Positions 29,043 through 39,395 are shown, numbered from the stretch's first letter. The stretch: DNA of 64,000 bases from Verrucomicrobiota bacterium (GCA_027622665.1 JAQBYT010000005.1:32001-96000), one strand, 5' to 3'. The notes: generated by a model from the letters alone, not told the origin. Translations and numbers: made by a program.

Positions 29043-30128
29043 TTATCCAATCGAGACAGGTAGCCCGGTACGGGCTGATTCGTAGGTTGCATCAATGGTT
29101 TTCATTAGCGACAAAGCTTGGTCCGGAGTGTTCAGTGGTGCTTCGGCGCCTTCTATGGAAAGAATGAAGTTTTGGGCGGCGCGGATACGTCCCATATCCT
29201 CGTTTGCCTCGGTGATAATGGAGCGATTCACGGAGCGACCATTCTCCTGTACGTAGAGCTCGCAATTGTCGATTGCCGTCTCATCGAGACCATCCGAACC
29301 AAAAAGTCTGCGGATCATCCCACCTGCCTTTGTGCCCTGAAAGGTGACGGAGACTTCCTCACGTTTATTCATTTCGGCCCAAGAGACCTGAAAGGAAAGA
29401 ACTTGCCCGGTTGCGAAGCGTACGAAACCGTGGGCCGCGCTCTCGACATCCGTCGCGCCATCGACAACGTCTGGTATTCCCCAAGGTCCCTTGAATGATT
29501 TATCGGTGATGAATTCATCAAAGGTTTGAGCGAGAACATATTGTGGTTCAGGGTAGTCCATGTAGTACATGGCGAGGTCTACCATATGTAAAAGGTCGAT
29601 GAGAGGGCCCCCTCCGGATAGTTCCTTATTGGTAAACCAACCCCCAAATCCAGGTATGCCCGTACGCCGAATCCATTTGGCTTGCGCGGAATTTATGCGA
29701 CCTACTTCGCCTCCCTTGATGTAATCCCGCAAGGCGTAGGACTCAGGTCTTGCCCGGTTGTTGAAATTAAACATCAAGGTTTTGCCCGCAGCCTCCGCGG
29801 CATCCTTCATTTGGGCTACTTCCACGGCATTCAGTGCGGGAGGTTTTTCACAGAAGACATGCTTGCCCGCTTCTAAGAGTTGAACGCTCAGTGGTTTGTG
29901 AAAGCGATTGGGGGTGATCACGCTTACGGCTTCCAGGTCGGGTTGCTGCTCAAGCATTTCCGCGACGTCGCTGAACACATTGGCAACATCGAATTCTTTC
30001 GCTGCTTTTGCGGCGGCGGCCTCGTTTGTATCGCAAATTGCGATTATGTCGGCATCGGCTTTTCTAAAGCCAGCCGCATGGTATTGGAGCATACCGCCCG
30101 CACCGATGATTCCTACTTTGGTAGCCAT
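29043..30128 (-). CDS. Gfo/Idh/MocA family oxidoreductase
   Basis: GIIGAGG, HVFCEKP, IPGFGGWFT..SGGGPLIDL.H. Confidence 0.92.
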   Translation of the reverse strand: MATKVGIIGAGGMLQYHAAGFRKADADIIAICDTNEAAAAKAAKEFDVANVFSDVAEMLEQQPDLEAVSVITPNRFHKPLSVQLLEAGKHVFCEKPPALNAVEVAQMKDAAEAAGKTLMFNFNNRARPESYALRDYIKGGEVGRINSAQAKWIRRTGIPGFGGWFTNKELSGGGPLIDLLHMVDLAMYYMDYPEPQYVLAQTFDEFITDKSFKGPWGIPDVVDGATDVESAAHGFVRFATGQVLSFQVSWAEMNKREEVSVTFQGTKAGGMIRRLFGSDGLDETAIDNCELYVQENGRSVNRSIITEANEDMGRIRAAQNFILSIEGAEAPLNTPDQALSLMKTIDATYESARTGLPVSIG

Positions 30129-30133
30129 AGTTT

Positions 30134-31294
30134 TTAGATGCGGGGAAATTTGACCCACTTTTCGTTTGCCTTTGAGCTTTTTACGACAGTCTCGATAAAG
30201 GCCATTCCAATTATGCCGTCCTTGATGTCGGGAAAGTCGTAACCGCTTTTGCGGGGGAACTTGCCCGCTATCTCATCCCGAATGGCGACGCCGGCGGCGT
30301 TGTATACATTGGCGAAAGCCTCTATGAATCCTTCGGGGTGTCCGAATGGAATGCGCGTGTTTGCGGCTGCGGCTCCCGTAATGTATCCGTTGCCTCTTCT
30401 ATAAATCATGCGTGGGGCTCTGGCGTCTTTGACTAAAAGTTCGTTTGGATCTTCCTGATGCCATTCGAGAGACTTTTTGGTGCCGTACACTCTAATGTTA
30501 AGGTCGTTCTCGTCGCCGTTGGAGACCTGTGATGCGTAAATTATACCCTTCGCGCCACCTTTAAAGCGAACGAGGACATTGCCATCGTCGTCGAGGGTCC
30601 GTCCCGGAATGTTTACGGACAGATCGGCGCAGAGCTTGTCGATTTCCAGTCCCGTTATGTAGTGGACAAGGTTTTCGGCATGCGTGCCGATATCTCCCAT
30701 GCAATTGGAAATGCCCGAAATTTTTGGATCGGCTCTCCAGTTGGCGATTGCCTTGTCTTCTCCCGTCAGTGCGGTGATCGCATATCCTTGGGGATATTCG
30801 CAGACAACCTTTATAATTTCACCAAGTTCACCCTTTTTTACCATGTCACGGGCCAATTTCACCATTGGGTAGCCAGTATAGTTGTGGGTAAGAGCGAAGA
30901 CCTTTTTCGACTTATTGACGATCTTGCGAAGCTCACGCGCTTGCTCGAGGTCGTAGGTGACCGGCTTGTCGCAGATCACGTTGAAGCCAGCCTCGAGGAA
31001 GGTTTTGGCTACTTCGAAGTGCAAGTAGTTCTGCACCACTATGGTCACGAAGTCGATACGCTCGTTTTCGGGTAGCGCGGCTTCCTTTTCGGCCATCTCT
31101 TGATAGCTTGCGTAAGTTCGCTTTGGGTCGACGTAGAAGTCTTTGCCGGAGAGTTTTGATTTTTTTGGGTCCGAGGAGAACGCTCCTGCAACAAGTTCGA
31201 ATTGTCCGTCTAGGTTTGCGGCTGCTCTGTGAACACCTCCAATGAAGGCTCCGCGACCTCCGCCGACCATTCCCATGCGTAGTTTACGTTTCAT
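30134..31294 (-). CDS. Gfo/Idh/MocA family oxidoreductase
   Basis: MGMVGGGRGAFIGGVHR, ICDKP, HNYTGYPMV, DIGTHA, GHPEGFIEAFAN. Confidence 0.92.
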   Translation of the reverse strand: MKRKLRMGMVGGGRGAFIGGVHRAAANLDGQFELVAGAFSSDPKKSKLSGKDFYVDPKRTYASYQEMAEKEAALPENERIDFVTIVVQNYLHFEVAKTFLEAGFNVICDKPVTYDLEQARELRKIVNKSKKVFALTHNYTGYPMVKLARDMVKKGELGEIIKVVCEYPQGYAITALTGEDKAIANWRADPKISGISNCMGDIGTHAENLVHYITGLEIDKLCADLSVNIPGRTLDDDGNVLVRFKGGAKGIIYASQVSNGDENDLNIRVYGTKKSLEWHQEDPNELLVKDARAPRMIYRRGNGYITGAAAANTRIPFGHPEGFIEAFANVYNAAGVAIRDEIAGKFPRKSGYDFPDIKDGIIGMAFIETVVKSSKANEKWVKFPRI

Positions 31295-31341
31295 ATCATT
31301 ATTTTTCCGGCAGGCTAATTATATGGCTTGATCCGACATCG

Positions 31342-32385
31342 TCACTGGTTGTCTTTGTCGAATGCTGAGTCGAATGCCATTTCATTGGGTTTGAAATCAA
31401 GATCCCTAACGAAATCGCACGATTCCTCGCCCCCATGAAAGCGATCCATTCTGCTGTCTTCCCATTCGACTGAAAGCGGGCCCTTATAGCCGACGTCGTT
31501 GAGGGCTACGATAATCTCTTCGAAGTCGATGTCGCCTCGACCAACCGACCGAAAATCCCAAAAGCGTCGCGGGTCGGCGAATGTGGTGTGGCCGCCGAAT
31601 ATCCCAACGGAACCATCTCCATGACCCCACCAAGCATCCTTCATATGGACATGATAGATACGGTCCGCGAAGTCTCGGATGAACTTCACGTAGTCTACTC
31701 CTTGATACCCTAGGTGGGAAGGATCGTAGTTGAAGCCGAAACGCTTATGGTTCTTAAGGGCCTTTAACGCTCGTTCGGCGCTGGCGATGTCAAAAGCTAT
31801 TTCAGTCGGGTGGACTTCCAAGCCAAAGTTGACGTTATGCTTTTCGAACTCCTCCATGATGGGGCCGAAGCGTATAGCAAAATCTTCAAAGCCTTTTTCC
31901 CAATAAGCTTGGTCGGTGGGCGGAAACGCATAGATTGAGTGCCAGATGCTCGATCCCGTAAAGCCGTTCACCACCGCGGGGAAATCATCCTTTTTGCCGC
32001 GCCCGGGTTTGCAATTGATGAAATTTCGGCAGGCCTTGGCGGTCTTGGCCATCTTCTTTGCTGCGCGACGACGAACCTTCTCGGGATCACCTTCGCCCCA
32101 TACGTCTTCCGGCAAAATAGCTTTGTGACGATCGTCGATGAGGTCGCAAATGGCTTGGCCGACAAGGTGACTGGAAATGGCGAAACTGGTCAGCCCGTGG
32201 TCGCTCAGGATTTCCCACCGCTCGTTGCAGTACTTCTTGGAGACTGCTGCCTTGTCCACGTCGAAGTGGTCGCCCCAGCAGGCAAGCTCTAAGCCGTCGT
32301 AACCCATTTCAGCTGCCTTTTCGGCTAAGTCGGGAAGTGAAAGGTCGGCCCACTGGCCGGTGAATAAGGTGACTGGTCTCGCCAT
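31342..32385 (-). CDS. Xylose-isomerase-like TIM-barrel (sugar phosphate isomerase/epimerase family)
   Basis: [45 protein letters not shown]. Confidence 0.9.
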   Translation of the reverse strand: MARPVTLFTGQWADLSLPDLAEKAAEMGYDGLELACWGDHFDVDKAAVSKKYCNERWEILSDHGLTSFAISSHLVGQAICDLIDDRHKAILPEDVWGEGDPEKVRRRAAKKMAKTAKACRNFINCKPGRGKKDDFPAVVNGFTGSSIWHSIYAFPPTDQAYWEKGFEDFAIRFGPIMEEFEKHNVNFGLEVHPTEIAFDIASAERALKALKNHKRFGFNYDPSHLGYQGVDYVKFIRDFADRIYHVHMKDAWWGHGDGSVGIFGGHTTFADPRRFWDFRSVGRGDIDFEEIIVALNDVGYKGPLSVEWEDSRMDRFHGGEESCDFVRDLDFKPNEMAFDSAFDKDNQ

Positions 32386-32548
32386 AATTCGGGTTGTTTG
32401 GAGATGTTGTTTGAGGTCGAAAAAAAGGGAGAATCATCTTGAGGGAAAACAAATGGTCTGCAAAGACTTTTTTTCTCTTTTGCTTAATTCCACATGTTTC
32501 AAGAACTGCATTTTGGCGACCTGCGGGGACTATGCCAATTATCCAAAA

Positions 32549-33208
32549 CTAGCTTGAGACTAAAATCTTTTTGGCTGCTTTCGAACCTAGAGTGAAAGGC
32601 TTACCCTTACCCACTCCCAATTCTACCGCATCAGAAATTAAATCGCGGTTGGTAACTTCCACCGCGGTTCCGGGCACTAAACCCTTTCTTCTGGCGAAGT
32701 TCAGAAAATCGGTGCTCTGGTCAGTCAAAAGTTTGATTGTGCACGGTTGCTTACTTTGGCACTCCAGCAAGTTGCGGATTCGCCGTTCTGCAAATTTTCC
32801 GTCCTTTGTCGGGATGGGGTCGCCGTGAGGATCGAATTCAGGTCGCCCGAGGAATTCATCCAGTCGATCGAGGACTTTGTCCGATATGGCGTGCTCCAAT
32901 TCCTCGGCTTCTTGATGAACTTCCGTCCAGTCCAACCCTAAGGTTTCCACCAAGAAGGTTTCCACGAGTCGATGTCGCCTCAGCATGTCCATGCCCAACT
33001 TTCGGCCTTTTGCGGTGAGCGTTACTCCTTGTCTCGATTTGTAGCGCACCAACTTTTCTCGTTCCAAAGTTTTAATCATTGAGGTGGCGGTTCCCGCTGC
33101 TACATCAAGTCCCTTGGCGATTTCTCCCATACCCACTTGTCCCTCGCTCGTTTCTAGAGACAGGACGAGAATCTTTTTGACGTAATTTTCTACCGTTGCG
33201 CTGGGCAT
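32549..33208 (-). CDS. DtxR/MntR family metalloregulator (TroR-like) with a FeoA domain
   Basis: TVENYVK, RRHRLVETFL, EVHQEAEELEH, DPHGDPIP; divergent from troA. Confidence 0.93.
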   Translation of the reverse strand: MPSATVENYVKKILVLSLETSEGQVGMGEIAKGLDVAAGTATSMIKTLEREKLVRYKSRQGVTLTAKGRKLGMDMLRRHRLVETFLVETLGLDWTEVHQEAEELEHAISDKVLDRLDEFLGRPEFDPHGDPIPTKDGKFAERRIRNLLECQSKQPCTIKLLTDQSTDFLNFARRKGLVPGTAVEVTNRDLISDAVELGVGKGKPFTLGSKAAKKILVSS

Positions 33209-33239
33209 GCTAAGACTTGATCAAAGTGTACCAAAAGGG

Positions 33240-33310
33240 TTGACACAAGATTATTCGATGACGAGACTTTGACTAATCAAAACCAAATCTTTCACTACAG
33301 AAAATGAAAC
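33240..33310 (+). promoter_or_regulatory. Sigma70 promoter plus TroR/DtxR-type operator of the tro operon
   Basis: TTGACA (33240)-17 bp-GAGACT. Inverted repeat TTTGA-CTAA-TCAAA at 33268-33281; weaker TTTC-ACTACA-GAAA 22 bp downstream. Confidence 0.75.
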
Positions 33311-33338
33311 CCTGTTTTATTTTGCCCGGAGTCAACTT

Positions 33339-34265
33339 ATGCAACTTCTTGGACTTGGATCAATCTTTACGATCTTGTTTTTAGCAGGATGCGATGCAGG
33401 CGATTCGGATGGGAAGCTGGTTGTTGTAACAACGACCACTCATGTTACGGACATGGTGAAGTTTGTAGCTGGTGACCGTTTGGATGTGATTGCGCTCATG
33501 GGGCCGGGCGTAGACCCCCACTTATACAAGCCATCTGCTGGAGATGCGGCTACCTTGGCCAAGGCTGATTTGATTTTCTTTAGTGGCCTGATGCTGGAAG
33601 GTCGTATGGCCGACGTTTTTGCAAAAGTCTCTCGCCGGGGAACCAAAGCTTATGCGGTAACCGAGAACGTGTCCGAAAAATCACTTCTCGAACCTGAAGA
33701 GTTTGAGGGACACTGGGATCCTCACGTATGGTTCGATCCCGCGATCTGGTCAAAGTGCGTTGACGTCGTCAGTGATGCCCTCTCTGAAAATGATCCTGAG
33801 GGCAAGGTTGGCTATACCGAAAGGGCAGAGGCACTGAAGACCGAGTATCTCGCCGTGACCCACTGGGCACAGGCGCGCTTAAGCGGTTTGCCCGAAGAAT
33901 CTCGTTATCTTGTTACCAGTCACGATGCCTTCAATTACTTCGGGCGTGCTTTTGGTCTCGAAGTCCTCGCCGTTCAAGGTGTTTCTACCGCTACCGAAGC
34001 AGGGCTTGCCGATCGAGTGGCCATGGTTGACTTCGTGAAGAAGCATGGCGTTAAGGCAATCTTTGTGGAAAGCAGTGTTAATCCTGCGATAATTGAGGGC
34101 ATCGCCAAGGAAGCCGGCGTGAAGATCGGAGGAGAATTGTTTTCCGACGCCATGGGCCAACCGGGTCGTTTGGAAAAGGGACCTGATGGCGAACAATACG
34201 ACATAGGCACTTGGGCTGGAATGATGAGGCATAACGTGAACACTATCGTAGAAGGGTTGAAGTAA
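33339..34265 (+). CDS. troA: Mn/Zn/Fe ABC transporter solute-binding lipoprotein
   Basis: Lipobox LAGC; GVDPHLY, DPHVWFD, TSHDAFNYF, LFSDAMG. Confidence 0.92.
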   Translation: MQLLGLGSIFTILFLAGCDAGDSDGKLVVVTTTTHVTDMVKFVAGDRLDVIALMGPGVDPHLYKPSAGDAATLAKADLIFFSGLMLEGRMADVFAKVSRRGTKAYAVTENVSEKSLLEPEEFEGHWDPHVWFDPAIWSKCVDVVSDALSENDPEGKVGYTERAEALKTEYLAVTHWAQARLSGLPEESRYLVTSHDAFNYFGRAFGLEVLAVQGVSTATEAGLADRVAMVDFVKKHGVKAIFVESSVNPAIIEGIAKEAGVKIGGELFSDAMGQPGRLEKGPDGEQYDIGTWAGMMRHNVNTIVEGLK

Positions 34266-34269
34266 TAAT

Positions 34270-35061
34270 ATGGCTCATCCCCCCCCACTGGAGATTCACG
34301 ACCTCACGGTTTCCTATGATCGCAAGCCAGTCCTTTATGGGGTGGATGTCGTTGTTGAGACTGGTTCGTTGGTCGGCGTGGTAGGGCCGAACGGGGCTGG
34401 TAAGTCTACCCTGATCAAGACCATCATGGGCATCGTGCAGCCTAATGGCGGATGGGTGAAAATCTTTGGCCAACCATACAGGAAAGCAGTCACGCGTGTC
34501 GGTTACGTTCCGCAGCGCGAATCGGTAGATTGGGACTTTCCCGTGAGCGTTATGGATGTTGTTCTTATGGGGCGATATGGTCATGCTGGGTTCATGCGGC
34601 GAGTCAGTAAGCGAGATCGCCGGATCGCTTCCGAATGTTTGGAAAAAGTGAATATGCAGCCTTTTTCGGATCGCCAGATCGGCAATCTATCGGGCGGGCA
34701 GCAGCAGCGTGTCTTTCTTGCCCGAGCCCTTGCTCAAGAGAGCGACCTTTATCTTATGGACGAACCTTTTGCCGGGGTCGACGCCGCTACCGAGACAGCG
34801 ATTGTAGAGTTATTGCGTGATTTGAAGGAGCGGGGCAAAACCCTCATCGTAGTCCATCACGACCTTTCCTCTGCCCGCGAATATTTTGATAAGCTTATGC
34901 TGCTCAACATGCGACTTGTTGCTTATGGGGAAATGGAGGAAACCTTCACTCCCGATCTTCTGCAAAAAACCTACGGAGGGCGTCTCACCATCCTGTCGGA
35001 TGTCGCCGGTCAAGCGGCTGGTCGCTCGGAGTTCGAGCAAGAAGGCACTCCCAAGCTATAA
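34270..35061 (+). CDS. troB: Mn/Zn/Fe ABC transporter ATPase
   Basis: GPNGAGKST, YVPQRESVDWDFP, LSGGQQQRVFLARAL, VHHDL. Confidence 0.93.
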   Translation: MAHPPPLEIHDLTVSYDRKPVLYGVDVVVETGSLVGVVGPNGAGKSTLIKTIMGIVQPNGGWVKIFGQPYRKAVTRVGYVPQRESVDWDFPVSVMDVVLMGRYGHAGFMRRVSKRDRRIASECLEKVNMQPFSDRQIGNLSGGQQQRVFLARALAQESDLYLMDEPFAGVDAATETAIVELLRDLKERGKTLIVVHHDLSSAREYFDKLMLLNMRLVAYGEMEETFTPDLLQKTYGGRLTILSDVAGQAAGRSEFEQEGTPKL

Positions 35062-35062
35062 A

Positions 35063-36558
35063 TGAAAGTTCTACGAACGATCCCGGTTTTTGTATTGCTG
35101 GTCTTTTTTGCCTTTCCTGCGTTAGTTCATGCCGCCCGTATCGGGGACGTGACCGATACGGATTGGGGTGAGCAAACCTTTCGCTTCCTCAGCTTGCGTG
35201 ACGCCGCCGTCCGCAATGCAGTCCTTGGTTCCGTCTTCATGGGTGTCGGTTGTGGTCTTTTCGGTGGATATGTGGTGGCCCGACGTTTGGCATTGTTTGG
35301 CGATACCTTGTCGCACGCGGTGCTCCCGGGAGTGGCTCTCGGCTTCCTTTGGAGTCGCTCGAAAGATCCCGTGGCCATTTTTATCGGAGCTACGGTGGCT
35401 GGGTTGTTGGGAACGTTTGTGGTTGCTTGGATACGCAAAACCACAAGGGTGAAAGAGGACAGTGCCTTGGGTCTCGTCCTTTCCGGATTCTATGCGGTGG
35501 GCATTTGTATTCTGACGGTTATTCAGCAGATGGAGTTCGGCAACCAGTCCGGCATCGACAAATTTCTTTTCGGGCAAGCTGCCGCCCTTTCGTCCGAGGA
35601 CGTGAGTCTGATGGGAGTAGTTGCCATAGGGGCGCTGATGATGGTCACTCTTTTTAACAAGGAGCTTCTCGTAACGAGTTTCGACGAAGGCTTTGCTCGC
35701 TCCGTGGGCGTACCCGTTGAGTTTATTCGTTACGTACTCCTCGTCGGTCTCACTTTTGCGGTGGTCACCTCGCTGCAGGCGGTGGGCGTGGTTCTTGTTT
35801 CCGCCCTTCTCATTACCCCCGCAGCCACCGCCTACTTGCTGACCGATCGGATGGGAACCTTGCTGTTGCTTTCGGCTCTGTTTGGGGTTGCGGGCGGATT
35901 GCTCGGTTCGTACGGCTCTTTTCTCGGCAATAATCTGCCAACGGGTCCTTTCATGGTTCTTGCCTGTACTTCTTTCTTTGCCATCGCCTTTTTTTGCGGT
36001 CCCAAGCATGGGTTGGTCTCCAAGTGGCTAAGGCGACGAAACCGAGTTCGTCAAGTGAGTTTGGAGAATACAATGAAGGCTGCCTATCAAGTGCTCGAGG
36101 CGGGCGATTTTGCTAAAGAGTCCGTAACCGTTGGAGCTCTGGCCGCTCGGAGACGGACAAGCGTGACCGAGGCTCGACGAGAGGCGGATGATCTCGTGAA
36201 CGCCGGTTTCGCGAGCATGCTCGGTTCCGACGACCCTGGTCCTCGTTATTCTCAAGACGCCAGACTCTCCCTTACTCCCGCCGGTTGGGAACGAGCCTGC
36301 CAAATTGTTCGTAACCACCGCCTTTGGGAACTCTACTTGACCAACGAGGTGCGCTATGCCGCCGATCACGTTCATGAGGATGCCGAAAAGATCGAGCATG
36401 TTTTGGGCGAAAAAGTTGTGCGTCATCTCGAGCGCATCCTAAAGGACCCCCAACGCGATCCTCACGGTTCAGTCATCCCCAGTCTCGAGGACATAGAACG
36501 TGGCTCTGGCTTATCGACCAATCCTGCATCCGCGACAGGGTACTTCCAGCAAAATTAA
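35063..36558 (+). CDS. troC: Metal ABC permease fused to a C-terminal DtxR-type repressor domain (YtgCR-like)
   Basis: GDTLSHAVLPG ABC-3 permease followed by LENTMKAAY..LTPAGW..RNHRLWELYL..HVHEDAEKIEH..DPHGSVIP. Start within a base or two of the troB stop. Confidence 0.88.
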
Positions 36559-36563
36559 AAACG

Positions 36564-37547
36564 ATGCGCGAAGAGTTTTTTCCGACCTTTGACTCCGGGT
36601 CCGTTTTTGTGGATCCTTGGTTGTCCGGTTTCGAGAGCACCTTTCAGGTGGTCCTAATGGGTTTTTTTGTATGCTTGGCTTGCGGTGTCATAGGAAATTT
36701 CGTGGTTGCCCGTCGTCTTGCCTTGGTGGGCGACGCCATCAGCCACAGCCTGCTGCCTGGTATTGCCATTGCCTTTGTCTTCACTTCCTCACATTCGTTG
36801 CCTGCAATGTTGATTGGAGCTGCCGTCGCGGGTGTTCTTACCACGGTTCTGATCGAGCTGATTCACCGCAAGTCAAGGGTGAAGCCCGACGCAGCCATTG
36901 GGATCGTCTTCACTACCCTCTTTGCGGTGGGTGTGGTGGTAATCAGCATTTGGCTGGACAATGTCCACCTCGATGCAGATTGCGTGCTTTATGGTGAGAT
37001 CGGCCTAGTTCCATTACGGGAAAGCTTCATCTTGAGCGGAGCGAATCTTGGTCCGCTGCCAATCGCTATTATGGGCGCAGTAGCCCTGTTGGACATACTT
37101 CTAGTTATTGTTTTTTACAGGGTGCTCCTTGTCACGTCTTTCGATGCCGGGCTTGCTCGATCGCTGGGAATGCCCGTGAACACCACACATTATGGGCTTA
37201 TGATTGCCTTGGCGCTTACCATTGTGGCGGCCTTCGAGGCAGTGGGAGTTGTCCTGGTCGTTGCCATGCTTATTTTCCCCGCAGTCACGGTCGGTTTCTT
37301 TTTCGAGCGTTTACCGGCATTGCTGTTTGGTGTGGCGCCTCTTTCCTTGGCATATTCCCTCGGTGGTTTCCACCTCGCCAGGTGGTTGGACTGTTCAATC
37401 GCAGGGGCTATGGTGGTAACGGCCGGCGCATTATTTGTCGTGGCTTGGTTTTTCGGACCCAAGGGTGGCTTAATTTATCGCTCACGCGCGCTAGGTTTCC
37501 TTTTTGCAACATCCAAGCAGAAGATATCCCCGCAGATTGTCGGGTGA
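36564..37547 (+). CDS. troD: Metal ABC transporter second permease
   Basis: GDAISHSLLPG, VHLDADCVLYGE, AAFEAVGVVLVVAML. Confidence 0.9.
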   Translation: MREEFFPTFDSGSVFVDPWLSGFESTFQVVLMGFFVCLACGVIGNFVVARRLALVGDAISHSLLPGIAIAFVFTSSHSLPAMLIGAAVAGVLTTVLIELIHRKSRVKPDAAIGIVFTTLFAVGVVVISIWLDNVHLDADCVLYGEIGLVPLRESFILSGANLGPLPIAIMGAVALLDILLVIVFYRVLLVTSFDAGLARSLGMPVNTTHYGLMIALALTIVAAFEAVGVVLVVAMLIFPAVTVGFFFERLPALLFGVAPLSLAYSLGGFHLARWLDCSIAGAMVVTAGALFVVAWFFGPKGGLIYRSRALGFLFATSKQKISPQIVG

Positions 37548-37650
37548 TATTCCGTTGAGGACTCTGCGGTGAACTTTTCCATCTGCGCCACTCTTTCTCA
37601 TTGAATTAACCGCAAGGTTTGTTTTCCTCTGATTCACTTGAGTTAACGGT

Positions 37651-38040
37651 ATGCTACGCAAAACCTGCATTCTTCTTTCATTACTTGCCGCCCTAACGGC
37701 GGCTCGCTTGCCTCTTGGCTTTGTTCAATTGGGGTCTTGGTCCGGAATGTTTTTAGATTACGTGGAACAGACTGGATCCGTTCCGGTTTCCTTGGCCTGG
37801 ACGTTTGACGGGGATCACCGATGTGGCGGATGCGTTTACGTCGGTGAAGCAACTGCAAACGCAGAAGATCAGGAGAAGTCTGCAACGGTTGAAACTTCCT
37901 TAAAAATCCCTTTCGCCTTACTGGACCTTCAGATTGTCGTAGTGGGACCCTCAAAGGTTTTGGGTGACTTGTCGGAGGAGTTTTGTCTTCTGCCCCTCTC
38001 TGTTCCGGAAACTTCCGTTCCGCCCCCGCGAATTTCCTAA
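37651..38040 (+). CDS. Small membrane protein with CxxC and C-terminal PPPR (DUF2946/CruR-like architecture)
   Basis: Hydrophobic N-terminus, TFDGDHRCGGC, C-terminal SVPPPRIS; 181 bp upstream of a beta-barrel gene. Confidence 0.65.
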   Translation: MLRKTCILLSLLAALTAARLPLGFVQLGSWSGMFLDYVEQTGSVPVSLAWTFDGDHRCGGCVYVGEATANAEDQEKSATVETSLKIPFALLDLQIVVVGPSKVLGDLSEEFCLLPLSVPETSVPPPRIS

Positions 38041-38221
38041 GGTCCGAGTGGCTTTAGGCGAGCGACTGCGTCCTTTCTTGATTTCAAGGTCGTGTCCGTT
38101 GCCCATCCCTGCTCGTGAACTTTTTCTTGTGCAAGGTGCGACTATGTTCGCATGACGTGCTCGAACGATCGCCCAATCCGCAACCCATTTAATACTAAAG
38201 AAACTTTAATCCCAAAATCTA

Positions 38222-39241
38222 ATGAAAAAACTGACGACAAAACTTCTCCTCCTTGCGACATCCGTAAGTATCCTCAACGCGCATGAAGGGCCTTGGACTG
38301 CCGGTCGCCCCGATGGACATGCCCCCATCACCGTGATGGGCGGCCATATGCACGCCATGGGCGAATGGATGCTCTCCTACCGTTTCATGACCATGGATAT
38401 GGAAGGATTACTCGATGGTTCGTCCGGCACGAGTGCAGCTTCGGCTGTAACGAATTATGGTTTCAAAGATATGATGATGCTGCCCAAAGAAATGACCATG
38501 GACATGCACATGCTCGGTGCCATGTACGCCATTTCCGACAAATGGACCCTTATGGGCATGCTCAATTATCTAGACAACGACATGACCATGCAGAATGACA
38601 TGTCCATGGAATCGAATGGTCTTGGCGATCTCAAACTTAGCGGCCTCTACGATCTCGCTTCTTGGGATAACGGCCGCCGCGTGCATTTGAACGTTGGTAT
38701 CAGTGCCCCCACCGGAGCAATCGACGAACGAAAGGCCGACGGAACAACGATTCTTCCTTATGGAATGCAGCTTGGTTCGGGCACTTGGGACTTTCTTCCT
38801 GCTCTTACTTTTCTTGGGCAAACTGATAATTATTCGTGGGGTGCCCAAGTTGGCGGCGCCTTGCGCATGGGTGACAACGATCGAGATTACAGCCTTGGCA
38901 ATCGTTTTGACGCCGCTCTATGGGGTGGTCGCAAGTTGAGCGATTCCTTTAGCCTCTCCGCAAAATTCGATTATTTCAGCCAAGGTGAAGTCGATGGAGA
39001 GGACAAATACGTGACGGCTAAGCCTATGATGACCAAGAATATGTCTTCTGGTTATCGTGCTGACCACCAAGGCCGCGATCTCAGCACTTTTGGGCTCGGG
39101 CTCAATTACTATTGTCGAAACGGGATTTTCAAGGGTCATCGTTTAGCCCTCGAGTGGGAAACCCCGATGAGTGAGGAGGTAAACGGTGTTCAGCTCGAAA
39201 CCGATTCCATCTGGAGCCTTGGTTGGCAGTATGCCTGGTAG
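38222..39241 (+). CDS. Met/His-rich outer-membrane beta-barrel ('transporter' family)
   Basis: Signal peptide; RPDGHAPITVMGGHMHAMGEWMLSYRFMTMDM, GLGD, PYGMQLGSGTWD; C-terminal WQYAW. Confidence 0.8.
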   Translation: MKKLTTKLLLLATSVSILNAHEGPWTAGRPDGHAPITVMGGHMHAMGEWMLSYRFMTMDMEGLLDGSSGTSAASAVTNYGFKDMMMLPKEMTMDMHMLGAMYAISDKWTLMGMLNYLDNDMTMQNDMSMESNGLGDLKLSGLYDLASWDNGRRVHLNVGISAPTGAIDERKADGTTILPYGMQLGSGTWDFLPALTFLGQTDNYSWGAQVGGALRMGDNDRDYSLGNRFDAALWGGRKLSDSFSLSAKFDYFSQGEVDGEDKYVTAKPMMTKNMSSGYRADHQGRDLSTFGLGLNYYCRNGIFKGHRLALEWETPMSEEVNGVQLETDSIWSLGWQYAW

Positions 39242-39288
39242 TACTTTGTCTTGGTTTGGCTAAGGATATTTGAACAAGCCATTTGAGG

Positions 39289-39323
39289 TGGGGTAGTTAA
39301 AAGGCTACACGACCCCATTTTTT
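39289..39323 (+). terminator. Probable intrinsic terminator
   Basis: Bulged stem TGGGGTAG..CTAC-acga-CCCCA followed by a T-run. Confidence 0.45.
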
Positions 39324-39395
39324 CATAGCGTGCTTGAACCTTGCCATAGAGCTCATTTTTACTATTTTCAGAATCTTTCCCCAATATACAAACCC

